A stretch of DNA of 58,787 nucleotides from a virus (lineage: Duplodnaviria > Caudoviricetes), in the IMG/VR virus record IMGVR_UViG_3300017767_000012, positions 1-58,787 of that record, one strand, 5' to 3'. Below the pieces are notes generated by a model. The model did not search any database and was not told the origin of the DNA. It saw nothing but the letters and a program-made list of their open reading frames with translations. A program made the position numbers and the translations under genes. Positions 9,751 to 18,352 of the stretch are shown one piece after another (the first letter of the stretch is position 1; the number at the start of each line of letters is the position of its first letter).

Positions 9751-10371
9751 TCAGGCCACATCTCCACCATTTCCAGCAGCTTCCCACCACTGTACTTGGA
9801 GATTAACTGTAAATTCCTCAACAGCATCCGAGTTATCGTATGAAAGATCCAACTGAGATACCTGTGTTGGGAACACACTATAGAATTTATATGTTCTAAG
9901 AATAGGCATGTTCTGTGCAGACTCCTGTGAGTTTGGAGTAACAGCAGATCTACCTAACTGATAGACATAAGCATCTCTAGTATAATCTTCTGGGTTAGTA
10001 TTACCAGATGTATCTGAGACTTTTGCCATTGAGTTCATCCATCTCTCGAAAGAAGAACGAAGAGCAAAATCTGAATCGTTAATTACAGTGATCTGCCATT
10101 CATCGAATGTTCTGTCACCTGCAATTTTTAACTGTCTACCTCTGAAAGGTACGACGATTGGAGCAATGTTAGATGCTGGAAGTGCAGCAGACTTAACTAA
10201 GAATCTAGCTTTTGAATCTAGATCGTTGACACTAGCATCAACTACTCCATCTGGGAATGCAAGAACAACCTCAAACAGGTTAGGTCTTGCGATACCACCT
10301 GACAACCTTGACTTAAACTTGTCAATTGTCCTATCGGCGGTCTTTGGTGGGTTTTGGTTGTTAATGGCCAT
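9751..10371 (-). CDS. g19: Tail tube protein gp19
   Basis: ARPNLFEV, PFRGRQLKIAGDRTFDEW, EEFTV. Confidence 0.96.
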   Translation of the reverse strand: MAINNQNPPKTADRTIDKFKSRLSGGIARPNLFEVVLAFPDGVVDASVNDLDSKARFLVKSAALPASNIAPIVVPFRGRQLKIAGDRTFDEWQITVINDSDFALRSSFERWMNSMAKVSDTSGNTNPEDYTRDAYVYQLGRSAVTPNSQESAQNMPILRTYKFYSVFPTQVSQLDLSYDNSDAVEEFTVNLQVQWWEAAGNGGDVA

Positions 10372-10406
10372 TGAATGTTTACCTCTGGGATTTTAATAAA
10401 GTTAGA

Positions 10407-12788
10407 TCAAACTCGACCAATAACTTCTTCAAAGCTAACACCTGTTCGTGTAGCAACGAATGTAAGACCGATGAAGTTGATAGATCTTGCTGGTTTCACA
10501 TAAATGTCAGCAACGAATTCGTTACTGTCAATGATTGCAGCAGTGTTATTTGTTTCATCACAAACTAGGATGAAGTCTGTAATACCTCTCTTGGATTGTA
10601 CATCTCTTAAGAAAGGTTCAACGATATTGATGAAGTTGATCCTTGTGATCTCATCGTTGAATTCAAATAGTTGATCTTTTGCAGCAGCAGCGATTGCTTT
10701 TTCTAAGAAGATAAACAGACGACGAACATTAATTCTATCGAATGCTGATGCTCTACCAAGACCTGTTTTATCACCGAATAGGATGATACCAGCACCAGGT
10801 GAGAAGATGACTGGGTTTACTCTAGAAGAGTAAAGTTTGTCTCTTTCAACTTGACTTGGATTGTATGCTAACTTAACAGCATTGAGGATTGATCCTCTTT
10901 GTGTTCCGCCTGGTGAGAACCAAGGGAAGTTGTTAATATCATTTCTAGCACATAGTCCTGCAATGTCACCGTTTAGAGGTACATATCGGAATTGCTTACT
11001 AAAGCGATCATACATGTACTTGTAACCACTATCAAATATGGCATAAGAAGATGATGTAATTGCTGAATAGAAACTGATAATTGCAGATGTAACCGTATCT
11101 GACTTAAGTGTCAAATCTTCTCCATCTCCAGACGAAGCTAAGAATGCTTGTCTATGAGGTGAGATGCATGCTACGCAATCCTTTCTAACTTCGGCAACAG
11201 CAATTAACTTATTAGCAAGTGCTTGAGTTTCTTCTTTGCCATGAGCACCAGATCCCATGATAAGGAAATCTAATGGGTAAGCATCTTTATTTGCTAGAAG
11301 ATCATATCCTGTAGAAAGATCTCCAACTGTTACGCTAAGAGCACCTGTACTGTTGATTCCAGTCTTTCCACCGTAATCTTTACCACCTGAAAGAGTTGCG
11401 ACATAATTTCCAATAGCAGCGAAGGATATATTTTCAGTATCCTGATCCCATGCTACATCAGATACAGGATTGAAATCTGCATCAAGGTCAGTTGTAATAA
11501 CTCCTGATGGAGCACCACCAGCAAATATATTTGGACTACCTATTTCAATAACCTTTCTATAGTATTGTGCATTACCTACTGAGTAGATGGCATCTTTTGC
11601 TTTAGAGGTAGTAGTAAACTTGTCGAGAAGAGTACCTGCATTACCAGTAATCTTACCTGAGTCGTCATAGACAACTACATGAACTTCATCGTTCTTAGAG
11701 TTTCTATCTTTTGCATAGTTAGAAGTTCCTGGTCTTTCAGCTAAGTTGTTCCAGTAAATTTTCTCCCCATCTTTTAATGTTATCCATTGGTTATCAAACC
11801 AATCTTTTTCTCCAGTATAATCTAAAGTACCAGGAGCAAATTCTTGTGCAGCAAGGTAACGATTATCACCAACAGTTACACCAGCACCTGTTAAAGCACT
11901 TAAGAAGTTAGCAGTACCAAAACTAGATCCGTATGAAACTGTACTTGCTACCCAACCATGTTTGCCACTACCGATAGCAGATTGAACATGAAGGTGAATA
12001 CCACCACTTGCATTACCTGTTTCTGAAAATGCGTAAACTCCACCAGGTGTGTAGTCTACTGAAGTTTCAGTACCAGCAGCACTAACATGAGATACTACTT
12101 TAACTGAGACTTGACCTGTTCCAACTTCAGTGATTACCCCTTTAAGGTATCCATCGAGAACTGATGTTGAACCAGCACCTGCTATTACAGTATTAGCAGG
12201 GATTGATTGTGTTACACCGAGACCAACTGTAAGATCTATTGGACTTAAACCGTCTTCGTATCCAGCGACAGCAGCAAGACCACCATTAGCAGTTGATGAA
12301 AAACCTAAAACAGAGACAGTAGCAATACCAGTTAGTATTTGATCAGCAAGACCATCTATCATTCCTACTTTAAGACCGTTACCCCATGAACCAGGATTCT
12401 TAGCAGCAAACACAACATTAGAAATGTTGTTCTCTGCATATCCTTTAGTTATGTAATCGTCGCCACTTTTAATGACTACGCTTGAAGCACTACCAACAAA
12501 GGCATTCTTCAAACCAGATTCATTTGAACGAACAACCTGTAGTACACCACCATATGCAAGATATGATGAGGCAGTCAACCAGTATTCGTAGTGATTGCTA
12601 TCCCTATATGGTGAACCGAAGGTATCGAGAAGATCCGCTTCTGTTTCTACAAGGGTTGGTTTTTCTACAGGTCCTTTTGCAAAAGGAGCAACTAAACCAC
12701 CAGACTTTGTAGATGTAGGATCTACTCTACCATTGGTTAGGTCAACTTCTTTAACAATTATTCCTGGAGATGCTAAATTCAGGGGCAT
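10407..12788 (-). CDS. g18: Tail sheath protein gp18
   Basis: SPGIIVKEVDLT N-terminus, PWFSPGG, AFDRINVRRLF, KPARSINFI. Confidence 0.97.
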   Translation of the reverse strand: MPLNLASPGIIVKEVDLTNGRVDPTSTKSGGLVAPFAKGPVEKPTLVETEADLLDTFGSPYRDSNHYEYWLTASSYLAYGGVLQVVRSNESGLKNAFVGSASSVVIKSGDDYITKGYAENNISNVVFAAKNPGSWGNGLKVGMIDGLADQILTGIATVSVLGFSSTANGGLAAVAGYEDGLSPIDLTVGLGVTQSIPANTVIAGAGSTSVLDGYLKGVITEVGTGQVSVKVVSHVSAAGTETSVDYTPGGVYAFSETGNASGGIHLHVQSAIGSGKHGWVASTVSYGSSFGTANFLSALTGAGVTVGDNRYLAAQEFAPGTLDYTGEKDWFDNQWITLKDGEKIYWNNLAERPGTSNYAKDRNSKNDEVHVVVYDDSGKITGNAGTLLDKFTTTSKAKDAIYSVGNAQYYRKVIEIGSPNIFAGGAPSGVITTDLDADFNPVSDVAWDQDTENISFAAIGNYVATLSGGKDYGGKTGINSTGALSVTVGDLSTGYDLLANKDAYPLDFLIMGSGAHGKEETQALANKLIAVAEVRKDCVACISPHRQAFLASSGDGEDLTLKSDTVTSAIISFYSAITSSSYAIFDSGYKYMYDRFSKQFRYVPLNGDIAGLCARNDINNFPWFSPGGTQRGSILNAVKLAYNPSQVERDKLYSSRVNPVIFSPGAGIILFGDKTGLGRASAFDRINVRRLFIFLEKAIAAAAKDQLFEFNDEITRINFINIVEPFLRDVQSKRGITDFILVCDETNNTAAIIDSNEFVADIYVKPARSINFIGLTFVATRTGVSFEEVIGRV

Positions 12789-12823
12789 CTTTTTCTCCTC
12801 GGTGAATTCTAAATTCCTGTAAT

Positions 12824-12831
12824 TATTTATT
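12824..12831 (-). promoter_or_regulatory. Late promoter (g18)
   Basis: AATAAATA upstream of a GAGGAG Shine-Dalgarno. Confidence 0.7.
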
Positions 12832-12869
12832 GTTTAGGGTGTTTTCATCGGGGAAACACTGGGTGAACA

Positions 12870-13094
12870 TTACCAGTCAGGGTAAATCCAATTAGGGATA
12901 TCTTTCTTTCTTTTTAATTTTATTCTTATCTTTGTGCATTCTTTACATTCATATGAGTAAGAGGATGCCACACTTCCTCTATCTTTATGGGTCTTATAAT
13001 ATTCAGTTAGTAAATCTTTTATTTTTTTACAAGTCCTACACTTTCGTTCTTGGAGTACTAGATGACCTAGATCAAATTCTTCTGTGAAGTCCAT
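12870..13094 (-). CDS. Small zinc-finger protein (CxxC...CKEC)
   Basis: RKCRTC...YECKEC; start taken at MDFTEE. Confidence 0.65.
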   Translation of the reverse strand: MDFTEEFDLGHLVLQERKCRTCKKIKDLLTEYYKTHKDRGSVASSYSYECKECTKIRIKLKRKKDIPNWIYPDW

Positions 13095-13507
13095 TCTTTT
13101 AAGATCCAACTACTAGAGTTTTGTTTGTGTGTACCACCAACCCCAAATGCAAATTGCACCCTAGGATCTTTATCAAATGCATCTATCTCAGGTATGTTAT
13201 CCTGTGTCCTATCTCCACCATTAGCAAACAGTACATCATCAAATAATACTAATGCTTGTCTGATAAGAGATATAGAACTGTTATCATCATCATTAAATGC
13301 TACAGCACTATCTACCATTCTCATTGATTTGACAACTGCCAATCTTTCATCTATAGGAAGGAATGGTTTACCTTTCTTTCTAGTTAGCCATTCATCAGAG
13401 TTTAATCCTACAATAAGAATATCTCCCAATTTCCTTGCTTCTATAAAATGATTAATATGTCCACTGTGAATAGGGTCAAATCCACCACTAACAATAACAA
13501 CTCTCAT
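13067..13507 (-). CDS. Cytidylyltransferase-like (HIGH-motif nucleotidyltransferase)
   Basis: SGGFDPIHSGH, VGLNSDEWL, FANGGDR, NSSS; start by TAATG coupling to the upstream ORF. Confidence 0.9.
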   Translation of the reverse strand: MRVVIVSGGFDPIHSGHINHFIEARKLGDILIVGLNSDEWLTRKKGKPFLPIDERLAVVKSMRMVDSAVAFNDDDNSSISLIRQALVLFDDVLFANGGDRTQDNIPEIDAFDKDPRVQFAFGVGGTHKQNSSSWILKEWTSQKNLI

Positions 13508-13665
13508 TACCAAATCCTAGTTAATTGACGAACATCAGATACACCAAACAATGCTTTGCAAGTTTGTTCTGCATCTTCTCTTAAATTAGATGGTGATGTA
13601 AACTCCACCTTCTTAAGTCTATTACTCTCTAATAGTACTTGAGCAGACCATTTAACCGTTTTCAT
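13507..13665 (-). CDS. Hypothetical 52-aa protein
   Basis: Manual: MKTVKWSAQVLLESNRLKKVEFTSPSNLREDAEQTCKALFGVSDVRQLTRIW; stop overlaps the next ATG. Confidence 0.65.
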   Translation of the reverse strand: MKTVKWSAQVLLESNRLKKVEFTSPSNLREDAEQTCKALFGVSDVRQLTRIW

Positions 13666-13930
13666 TTTGCTCCTGTAGTTTTTCCATTACAGTTGTCTTT
13701 CCTATTGGTGCTATATCATTAAGACCATTCGCATCAAACCAAGGTGCTTCTTCCCAATCAAATCCTTCGCCAAATGTATTGTCGGGTGACATAACATACC
13801 AATGACACTGAGCGTCAGGTATATCTACAGCACAAACTGCCCAGTCATCTGCCCATTGTGGTACTTGTACCCACATGACTGCCACTATTAACATAGAGGA
13901 TAATAATCCCCATTCTCTCCAATCGTTCAT
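13652..13930 (-). CDS. Hypothetical protein with N-terminal hydrophobic segment, Trp-rich
   Basis: 92-aa ORF coupled to its neighbours. Confidence 0.65.
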   Translation of the reverse strand: MNDWREWGLLSSMLIVAVMWVQVPQWADDWAVCAVDIPDAQCHWYVMSPDNTFGEGFDWEEAPWFDANGLNDIAPIGKTTVMEKLQEQNENG

Positions 13931-14034
13931 AATATTAAAATTGTTTGTGATCCGTCCTTATTATCTATTATAGTTATTTTCTTCTTTGGAAATGATTTTT
14001 GTAATAAATTTTTTAATTTCCTATTCTTAAACAT
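13927..14034 (-). CDS. Hypothetical 35-aa basic microprotein
   Basis: Manual: MFKNRKLKNLLQKSFPKKKITIIDNKDGSQTILIL; TAATG overlap with g17 and ATGA overlap with the next ORF. Confidence 0.55.
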   Translation of the reverse strand: MFKNRKLKNLLQKSFPKKKITIIDNKDGSQTILIL

Positions 14035-15710
14035 TAATAATAATCCCACATATAAGACATGTCACCATATGTCGATGACAACTCTTTGTCTACTGTCCAC
14101 TTAGTTCCATCGTCATCTACAAACTCACCTTCATCAGTTAGTCCGTCACTAATGAATCCAAATGGAGCCATGTCTTGCTCAATCTGATCTTTTTGTTCTT
14201 CATAGATTCTCTTACGAACATCATTGTCCGTCATTTCTCTGAAGTAATCTTGAGCAACCAACCATGCAAAAATAACTAAGCACATTGCTAAGTCATCGTG
14301 GCAACCTTCTTCTGCCTCCCATGATTGTTTCTTTTGAATGAAGGTAGTTAACTCTGATATTATATCATAGTCTTTTGTTTCTAGTTTATCTTCTTCTACC
14401 AGTGCCTTTAAATTAGAGCATCCAGTTTTCTTAACTGCTGCTGTCATTCTAACACCCATCTGAGTTTTCTTACCAGAGAATCCTGATCCTACTACCTGAC
14501 CTGCTCTACCTCTCATAGAACACATAAGAACATTTTCATATTCCAAATCATATTGAAGTATAGTTGCAACTTGCTCTCCAATATCATTTACTTCTATCAA
14601 AGCATAAGCATAATTATATGCTTTAAGAACATCTTCAATAATAGAAGGAAATAGCATAGGTTTTATTTCATTATTCTTATATCTTGCTACAGTTTTATAT
14701 GGAAAGTTTGTTATATCAAACACAACAAAGGCAGAATAATCGTGATCAATACCTCTAGCAGTGTCAACTGTTACAATATAATTATGATCCTTTATAGGGT
14801 TTTCGTATACAACTAATCCTTTGCCATTGTCTTTTATAGGATCTTCAAAAACTAATGTTCTTAATTTTGCTACTCCTATAAGAGTATCAACAGATCCTAA
14901 GAACTCACATTCAAACTCAACTTTAAACTGTTGTTCTGATGTGTTTGATATGGTTTGTGCTTTCCATGCAGCATCTCTACCTGGCACTTCAGACCAGTGA
15001 ACTTCGGTGGGAGTATATTCATTCTTTCCTCTTTCTGCATTATGCCAATACCTATAAAAATGGTTCATTCCGTGAGGAGTAGAAACCATTATGACTTTGG
15101 TTGTTTTACCAGAAGTGATAGTAGGATATACTGAGCTGAAGAATGAGTCAGCAATATGATTAGGAACAAAGGCAAACTCATCCAAAAATAGAATGTTGAA
15201 AGACATACCTCGAACTGCAGAGGCAGAGGTAGATGCTGCAAGTATTTTAGATCCATTTTCTAACTCCAGTGATCCTTTGTTCCAAGATATGATACCCTGT
15301 TGCATCCATTTAGGTAAATTCTCATATGCAGTCTGCAATCTACCAAGTAGTTCTCTGGCAGTTGCTGCTTTGTTAGCAAGTATGCCAATGTTTACGCTAT
15401 CATTGAATACAGCATAATGTAGTAAATATGAAACGCATGTAGTAGACTTACCAGTCTGCCGAGGCATCTTGCATATATTAAATCTTTTCTCGTGGAAGTT
15501 CATGATTAACTTCTCTTGGAAGTCCCACATTTTAAATGGCACAAGACCTTCATCCAAAGAAACTATTTTTACATAGTTCTTTGTGAAATAGATAGGATCG
15601 CTTTTGCATTTGATCCATTCTTTTATTTGTTCTTGTGTAAATTGTATCTCAGTATTCGCCTTTTTTAAATTGGGATTACCTAGATAAATCTCTTCCGTTT
15701 TTCCTGCCAT
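14034..15710 (-). CDS. g17: Terminase large subunit gp17
   Basis: YLGNPNLK, Walker A PRQTGKS, Walker B FLDEFAF, HDDLAMC. Confidence 0.98.
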   Translation of the reverse strand: MAGKTEEIYLGNPNLKKANTEIQFTQEQIKEWIKCKSDPIYFTKNYVKIVSLDEGLVPFKMWDFQEKLIMNFHEKRFNICKMPRQTGKSTTCVSYLLHYAVFNDSVNIGILANKAATARELLGRLQTAYENLPKWMQQGIISWNKGSLELENGSKILAASTSASAVRGMSFNILFLDEFAFVPNHIADSFFSSVYPTITSGKTTKVIMVSTPHGMNHFYRYWHNAERGKNEYTPTEVHWSEVPGRDAAWKAQTISNTSEQQFKVEFECEFLGSVDTLIGVAKLRTLVFEDPIKDNGKGLVVYENPIKDHNYIVTVDTARGIDHDYSAFVVFDITNFPYKTVARYKNNEIKPMLFPSIIEDVLKAYNYAYALIEVNDIGEQVATILQYDLEYENVLMCSMRGRAGQVVGSGFSGKKTQMGVRMTAAVKKTGCSNLKALVEEDKLETKDYDIISELTTFIQKKQSWEAEEGCHDDLAMCLVIFAWLVAQDYFREMTDNDVRKRIYEEQKDQIEQDMAPFGFISDGLTDEGEFVDDDGTKWTVDKELSSTYGDMSYMWDYY

Positions 15711-16174
15711 TATCCTGCGTCTAGAGTACCATGTGCCCTACGAATTTCTCTTAGTTCCTCAAAGTTCTTTTGCTTCGTGCCACCATCATATGCCCAAGCA
15801 TATCCTTCAGTAATCATAATTTCATTTAAGGATAAATCGCTCTCGCCAACATATAACCAACCAAGAAGCCTACCGTACTTACCCATACCACCAACAAGTT
15901 CTGTTCTAATAGTGAGTTCGTCGTCTCCTGCAATGGTGTCCTCCAAATTCTTTTTCATCCAATTGGTAGCATCAATACCAAGTGCTTTCTCTTCTAAGTT
16001 TCTAGTCCTCTTCTCAGGAGTATCAATACCAGCTATCCTTACTCTTTCCTTTTTTATAAGATCAAAACCCAAGTCTATTGATACATCGATTGTATCACCA
16101 TCAACTACCCTGTCTATCGACACTACTCGGAAGTTGTAGCAACTCTTCCGACTCGGTGGAACCATCGCTCCCAT
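15710..16174 (-). CDS. Thermonuclease (staphylococcal nuclease-like)
   Basis: VVDGDTIDV, VRIAGIDTPE, GKYGRLLG, MITEGYAWAY. Confidence 0.88.
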   Translation of the reverse strand: MGAMVPPSRKSCYNFRVVSIDRVVDGDTIDVSIDLGFDLIKKERVRIAGIDTPEKRTRNLEEKALGIDATNWMKKNLEDTIAGDDELTIRTELVGGMGKYGRLLGWLYVGESDLSLNEIMITEGYAWAYDGGTKQKNFEELREIRRAHGTLDAG

Positions 16175-16274
16175 CGTCCATCTCCTTATAGGCCATACGA
16201 AGTATATAGTAAATATACCAAGATACCACTACGATTAATATTGCAATCATCCAGATAACTCCCCAGACAACCAT
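16101..16274 (-). CDS. Single-pass membrane microprotein (57 aa)
   Basis: Manual: MVVWGVIWMIAILIVVVSWYIYYILRMAYKEMDDGSDG... Confidence 0.55.
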   Translation of the reverse strand: MVVWGVIWMIAILIVVVSWYIYYILRMAYKEMDDGSDGSTESEELLQLPSSVDRQGS

Positions 16275-16280
16275 TTGTTT

Positions 16281-16385
16281 TTATACCATTATAGGAATTG
16301 CCCATGCATTTGGTACTAGGAACCATGCTGTAGCAATGATGGATCCAAATATAACACAAGAAGATGTGATTGGTAAATTATTCAT
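16281..16385 (-). CDS. Hydrophobic microprotein (34 aa)
   Basis: Manual: MNNLPITSSCVIFGSIIATAWFLVPNAWAIPIMV; AAGGAG SD upstream. Confidence 0.55.
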   Translation of the reverse strand: MNNLPITSSCVIFGSIIATAWFLVPNAWAIPIMV

Positions 16386-16386
16386 A

Positions 16387-16554
16387 TCAATTCTCCTTAA
16401 TGCAATACTCTGCTGCATGAGGATTGTCGAAACCTCTTAGATCTTCACTCGCTTGCTTTATAGCATTGTATGCATCTTCTGCATACTCGCAAATTTCAGA
16501 TGTGTGATTTTGATTATCGTGATAACCAACCGTGTAATGTCCAGTGAGGGGCAT
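16387..16554 (-). CDS. Small His/Cys-containing protein (55 aa), resembles picocyanobacterial small proteins
   Basis: Manual: MPLTGHYTVGYHDNQNHTSEICEYAEDAYNAIKQASEDLRGFDNPHAAEYCIKEN; TATAAATA upstream. Confidence 0.7.
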   Translation of the reverse strand: MPLTGHYTVGYHDNQNHTSEICEYAEDAYNAIKQASEDLRGFDNPHAAEYCIKEN

Positions 16555-16580
16555 GATTGTTTCAATCCCATACTACACCA

Positions 16581-16588
16581 TATTTATA
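16581..16588 (-). promoter_or_regulatory. Late promoter TATAAATA
   Basis: Exact consensus. Confidence 0.75.
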
Positions 16589-16637
16589 GCACGAACTGAG
16601 TAATTCTGCTTATTTTAGTGTGGGAATCACCACTAGG

Positions 16638-16802
16638 TCAGAGTATCAAAGCACCAATAATAAATCCTTTACCAAATGCAATACAAAGCATCTGATAGTC
16701 TGTTAAATTAAATTTTTCCTGTATCTTTTTTGCCAACTTCTTATCGAGTTCTTTTACCTTTGTAGCGAAACTAGTAATTTTTTTAATATTAAAATTCCAC
16801 AT
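16638..16802 (-). CDS. C-terminally anchored membrane microprotein (54 aa)
   Basis: Manual: MWNFNIKK...KIQEKFNLTDYQMLCIAFGKGFIIGALIL; TAATG coupling. Confidence 0.7.
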   Translation of the reverse strand: MWNFNIKKITSFATKVKELDKKLAKKIQEKFNLTDYQMLCIAFGKGFIIGALIL

Positions 16803-17026
16803 TAGGTAAGAACCTCCCTTTTTGATGTTTTAAAGTACTTGTTTATTACATCTATTTGATCTTGATACTTAGCAATGATATTCAATTCAGTTTCTATTGC
16901 CTCTGTAATATCGGAGTGTTCTCCAATACCTGCAGGGTTAGTTAGATAGACTTCTACATTAGCAACATGCTTTTGGATGTCTCCTTGTGCATGTGCTAGT
17001 AAAGCTTTAATTAATGTCTCTCTCAT
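16802..17026 (-). CDS. Conserved cyanophage hypothetical (74 aa, helical)
   Basis: ANVEVYLTNPAGIGEHSDI motif. Confidence 0.75.
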   Translation of the reverse strand: MRETLIKALLAHAQGDIQKHVANVEVYLTNPAGIGEHSDITEAIETELNIIAKYQDQIDVINKYFKTSKREVLT

Positions 17027-17056
17027 ATACAGTGTGATTCTACTGTATATATTATA

Positions 17057-17452
17057 CTACATCTTGTAATTTTCTGTCTTCTTAGGTGACTCAGCAATAA
17101 TTTTTAATGGTGCTTGTTCTATGATAATAGTCTGTGTAGGACCACCAGTCTTACCACCACCATTACCGTTACCGTTCATTTTCATGGTACCGTCACCCTT
17201 TTTAGATGCTGTCTGAATCCCAAAACTCGCCAAAACTCCTGTGAAGACAGAAGCTATGAAAGTTGGATCAATTTTCTGTTGTGGTACACCTGGTATAGCA
17301 ACATAATTTAGTGTTAATATTCCACCACTCCAAACCAACACACCAAGTCTCACAAAAGTAGATATGATTGCGGCTTGTTCGTCTTCATCTGGTAATATTT
17401 TATCCTTTATCTTACCAATAATACCTTTAGGTGCTTCTTTCTTTTCTGTCAT
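17057..17452 (-). CDS. Membrane protein with two hydrophobic segments (131 aa)
   Basis: VRLGVLVWSGGILTLNYV and FIASVFTGVLASFGI; late promoter TCTAAATA at 17475-17482. Confidence 0.75.
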   Translation of the reverse strand: MTEKKEAPKGIIGKIKDKILPDEDEQAAIISTFVRLGVLVWSGGILTLNYVAIPGVPQQKIDPTFIASVFTGVLASFGIQTASKKGDGTMKMNGNGNGGGKTGGPTQTIIIEQAPLKIIAESPKKTENYKM

Positions 17453-17473
17453 GTTTCTCTCTAGAAGGCACTT

Positions 17474-17896
17474 TTATTTAGAACTTCCCATATCTTTAAG
17501 CATTTTTTGCAACTCTGCAGTGCTACCAACGAACATAGCATTGTTTGTCACATTAGTTGTTGATGAAGATTTTGTTTCGTCAATATCTTTTAATTTCTTT
17601 TGTAAGTCTAATAGTTTGTCAGTGGTATCAGCAACACTCTTAATAACCTGTCCAGCAACTTCATACGCTCTTGGAGATTGTGTTTCGTCTGCCAACTCCA
17701 TAATTCCATTAAGAGTCTCCTGTCCCTTCTCAATTAGAGAATAGAGATTTCCTCTAGTATATTCGTAATCCTTATCTAGTTCTTTACTAATATCTCTTGT
17801 TGGAGGTTCTGGTTTCACTTCAGGTGTAGCAGTAACTTCAACATCAATACTATTAGTATTTAATGCTTTGTCTATAGATCCAAAATCTTTTTTCAT
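17474..17896 (-). CDS. g16: Terminase small subunit gp16
   Basis: DYEYTRGNLYSLIEKG, PRAYEVAGQ, FVGSTAELQKML. Confidence 0.93.
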   Translation of the reverse strand: MKKDFGSIDKALNTNSIDVEVTATPEVKPEPPTRDISKELDKDYEYTRGNLYSLIEKGQETLNGIMELADETQSPRAYEVAGQVIKSVADTTDKLLDLQKKLKDIDETKSSSTTNVTNNAMFVGSTAELQKMLKDMGSSK

Positions 17897-17897
17897 G

Positions 17898-18161
17898 TCA
17901 ACACTTCCACTTTCTAAGTGCTAATGCCTTACGAGTTGGTTTACCGTTAGGTTTTTTCATTGGTCCTTTCACACCTCCCATACGAGCACAGAAAGATCTC
18001 TTTCTAGGTCCGCCTTCAGGTTGTGGTGCTTTTAAATCAGAACCAGGATTTTCTCTTTCATATGATTTTCTACCTTTTTCATTTAAACCACCTTCTTTGT
18101 TCTTACCTTCTTTCCTCTGCCATGCAGCAGATGCTTCAGTAACAAATTGGTCGAAAGTCAT
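17898..18161 (-). CDS. Conserved basic hypothetical protein
   Basis: GGLNEKGRKSY, RKRSFCARM, ALRKWKC. Confidence 0.8.
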   Translation of the reverse strand: MTFDQFVTEASAAWQRKEGKNKEGGLNEKGRKSYERENPGSDLKAPQPEGGPRKRSFCARMGGVKGPMKKPNGKPTRKALALRKWKC

Positions 18162-18352
18162 TTCTTTTCTCCAAGGGATTCTGATCCACCAACAGCAAAA
18201 GGATTGTATTTTGCTCTGGCTAACCTATACATCTTCTCATGTATAGTTATATCATCTTCTTCGTCTACACCAGGAGGTTGATAATCACATGGCATAGTAT
18301 CGATGGGGTCATCAGTTGCAATAGGCATAAGATCTAATGGGTTAATTGTCAT
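18158..18352 (-). CDS. Hypothetical 64-aa protein
   Basis: ATGA-coupled on both sides. Confidence 0.6.
   Translation of the reverse strand: MTINPLDLMPIATDDPIDTMPCDYQPPGVDEEDDITIHEKMYRLARAKYNPFAVGGSESLGEKK

Noticed and set aside
12789-12869. Riboswitch or tRNA in the g18 leader and other gaps
   Set aside because: No convincing cloverleaf or known aptamer pairing by eye; a covariance-model search would be needed.
8015-15710. Inteins or group I introns in g17, g18, g20
   Set aside because: ORFs are uninterrupted, lengths are ordinary, and no intein terminal motifs were seen.
16600-16613. NtcA site (GTA-N8-TAT)
   Set aside because: One mismatch to GTA-N8-TAC and wrong spacing to the -10 element.
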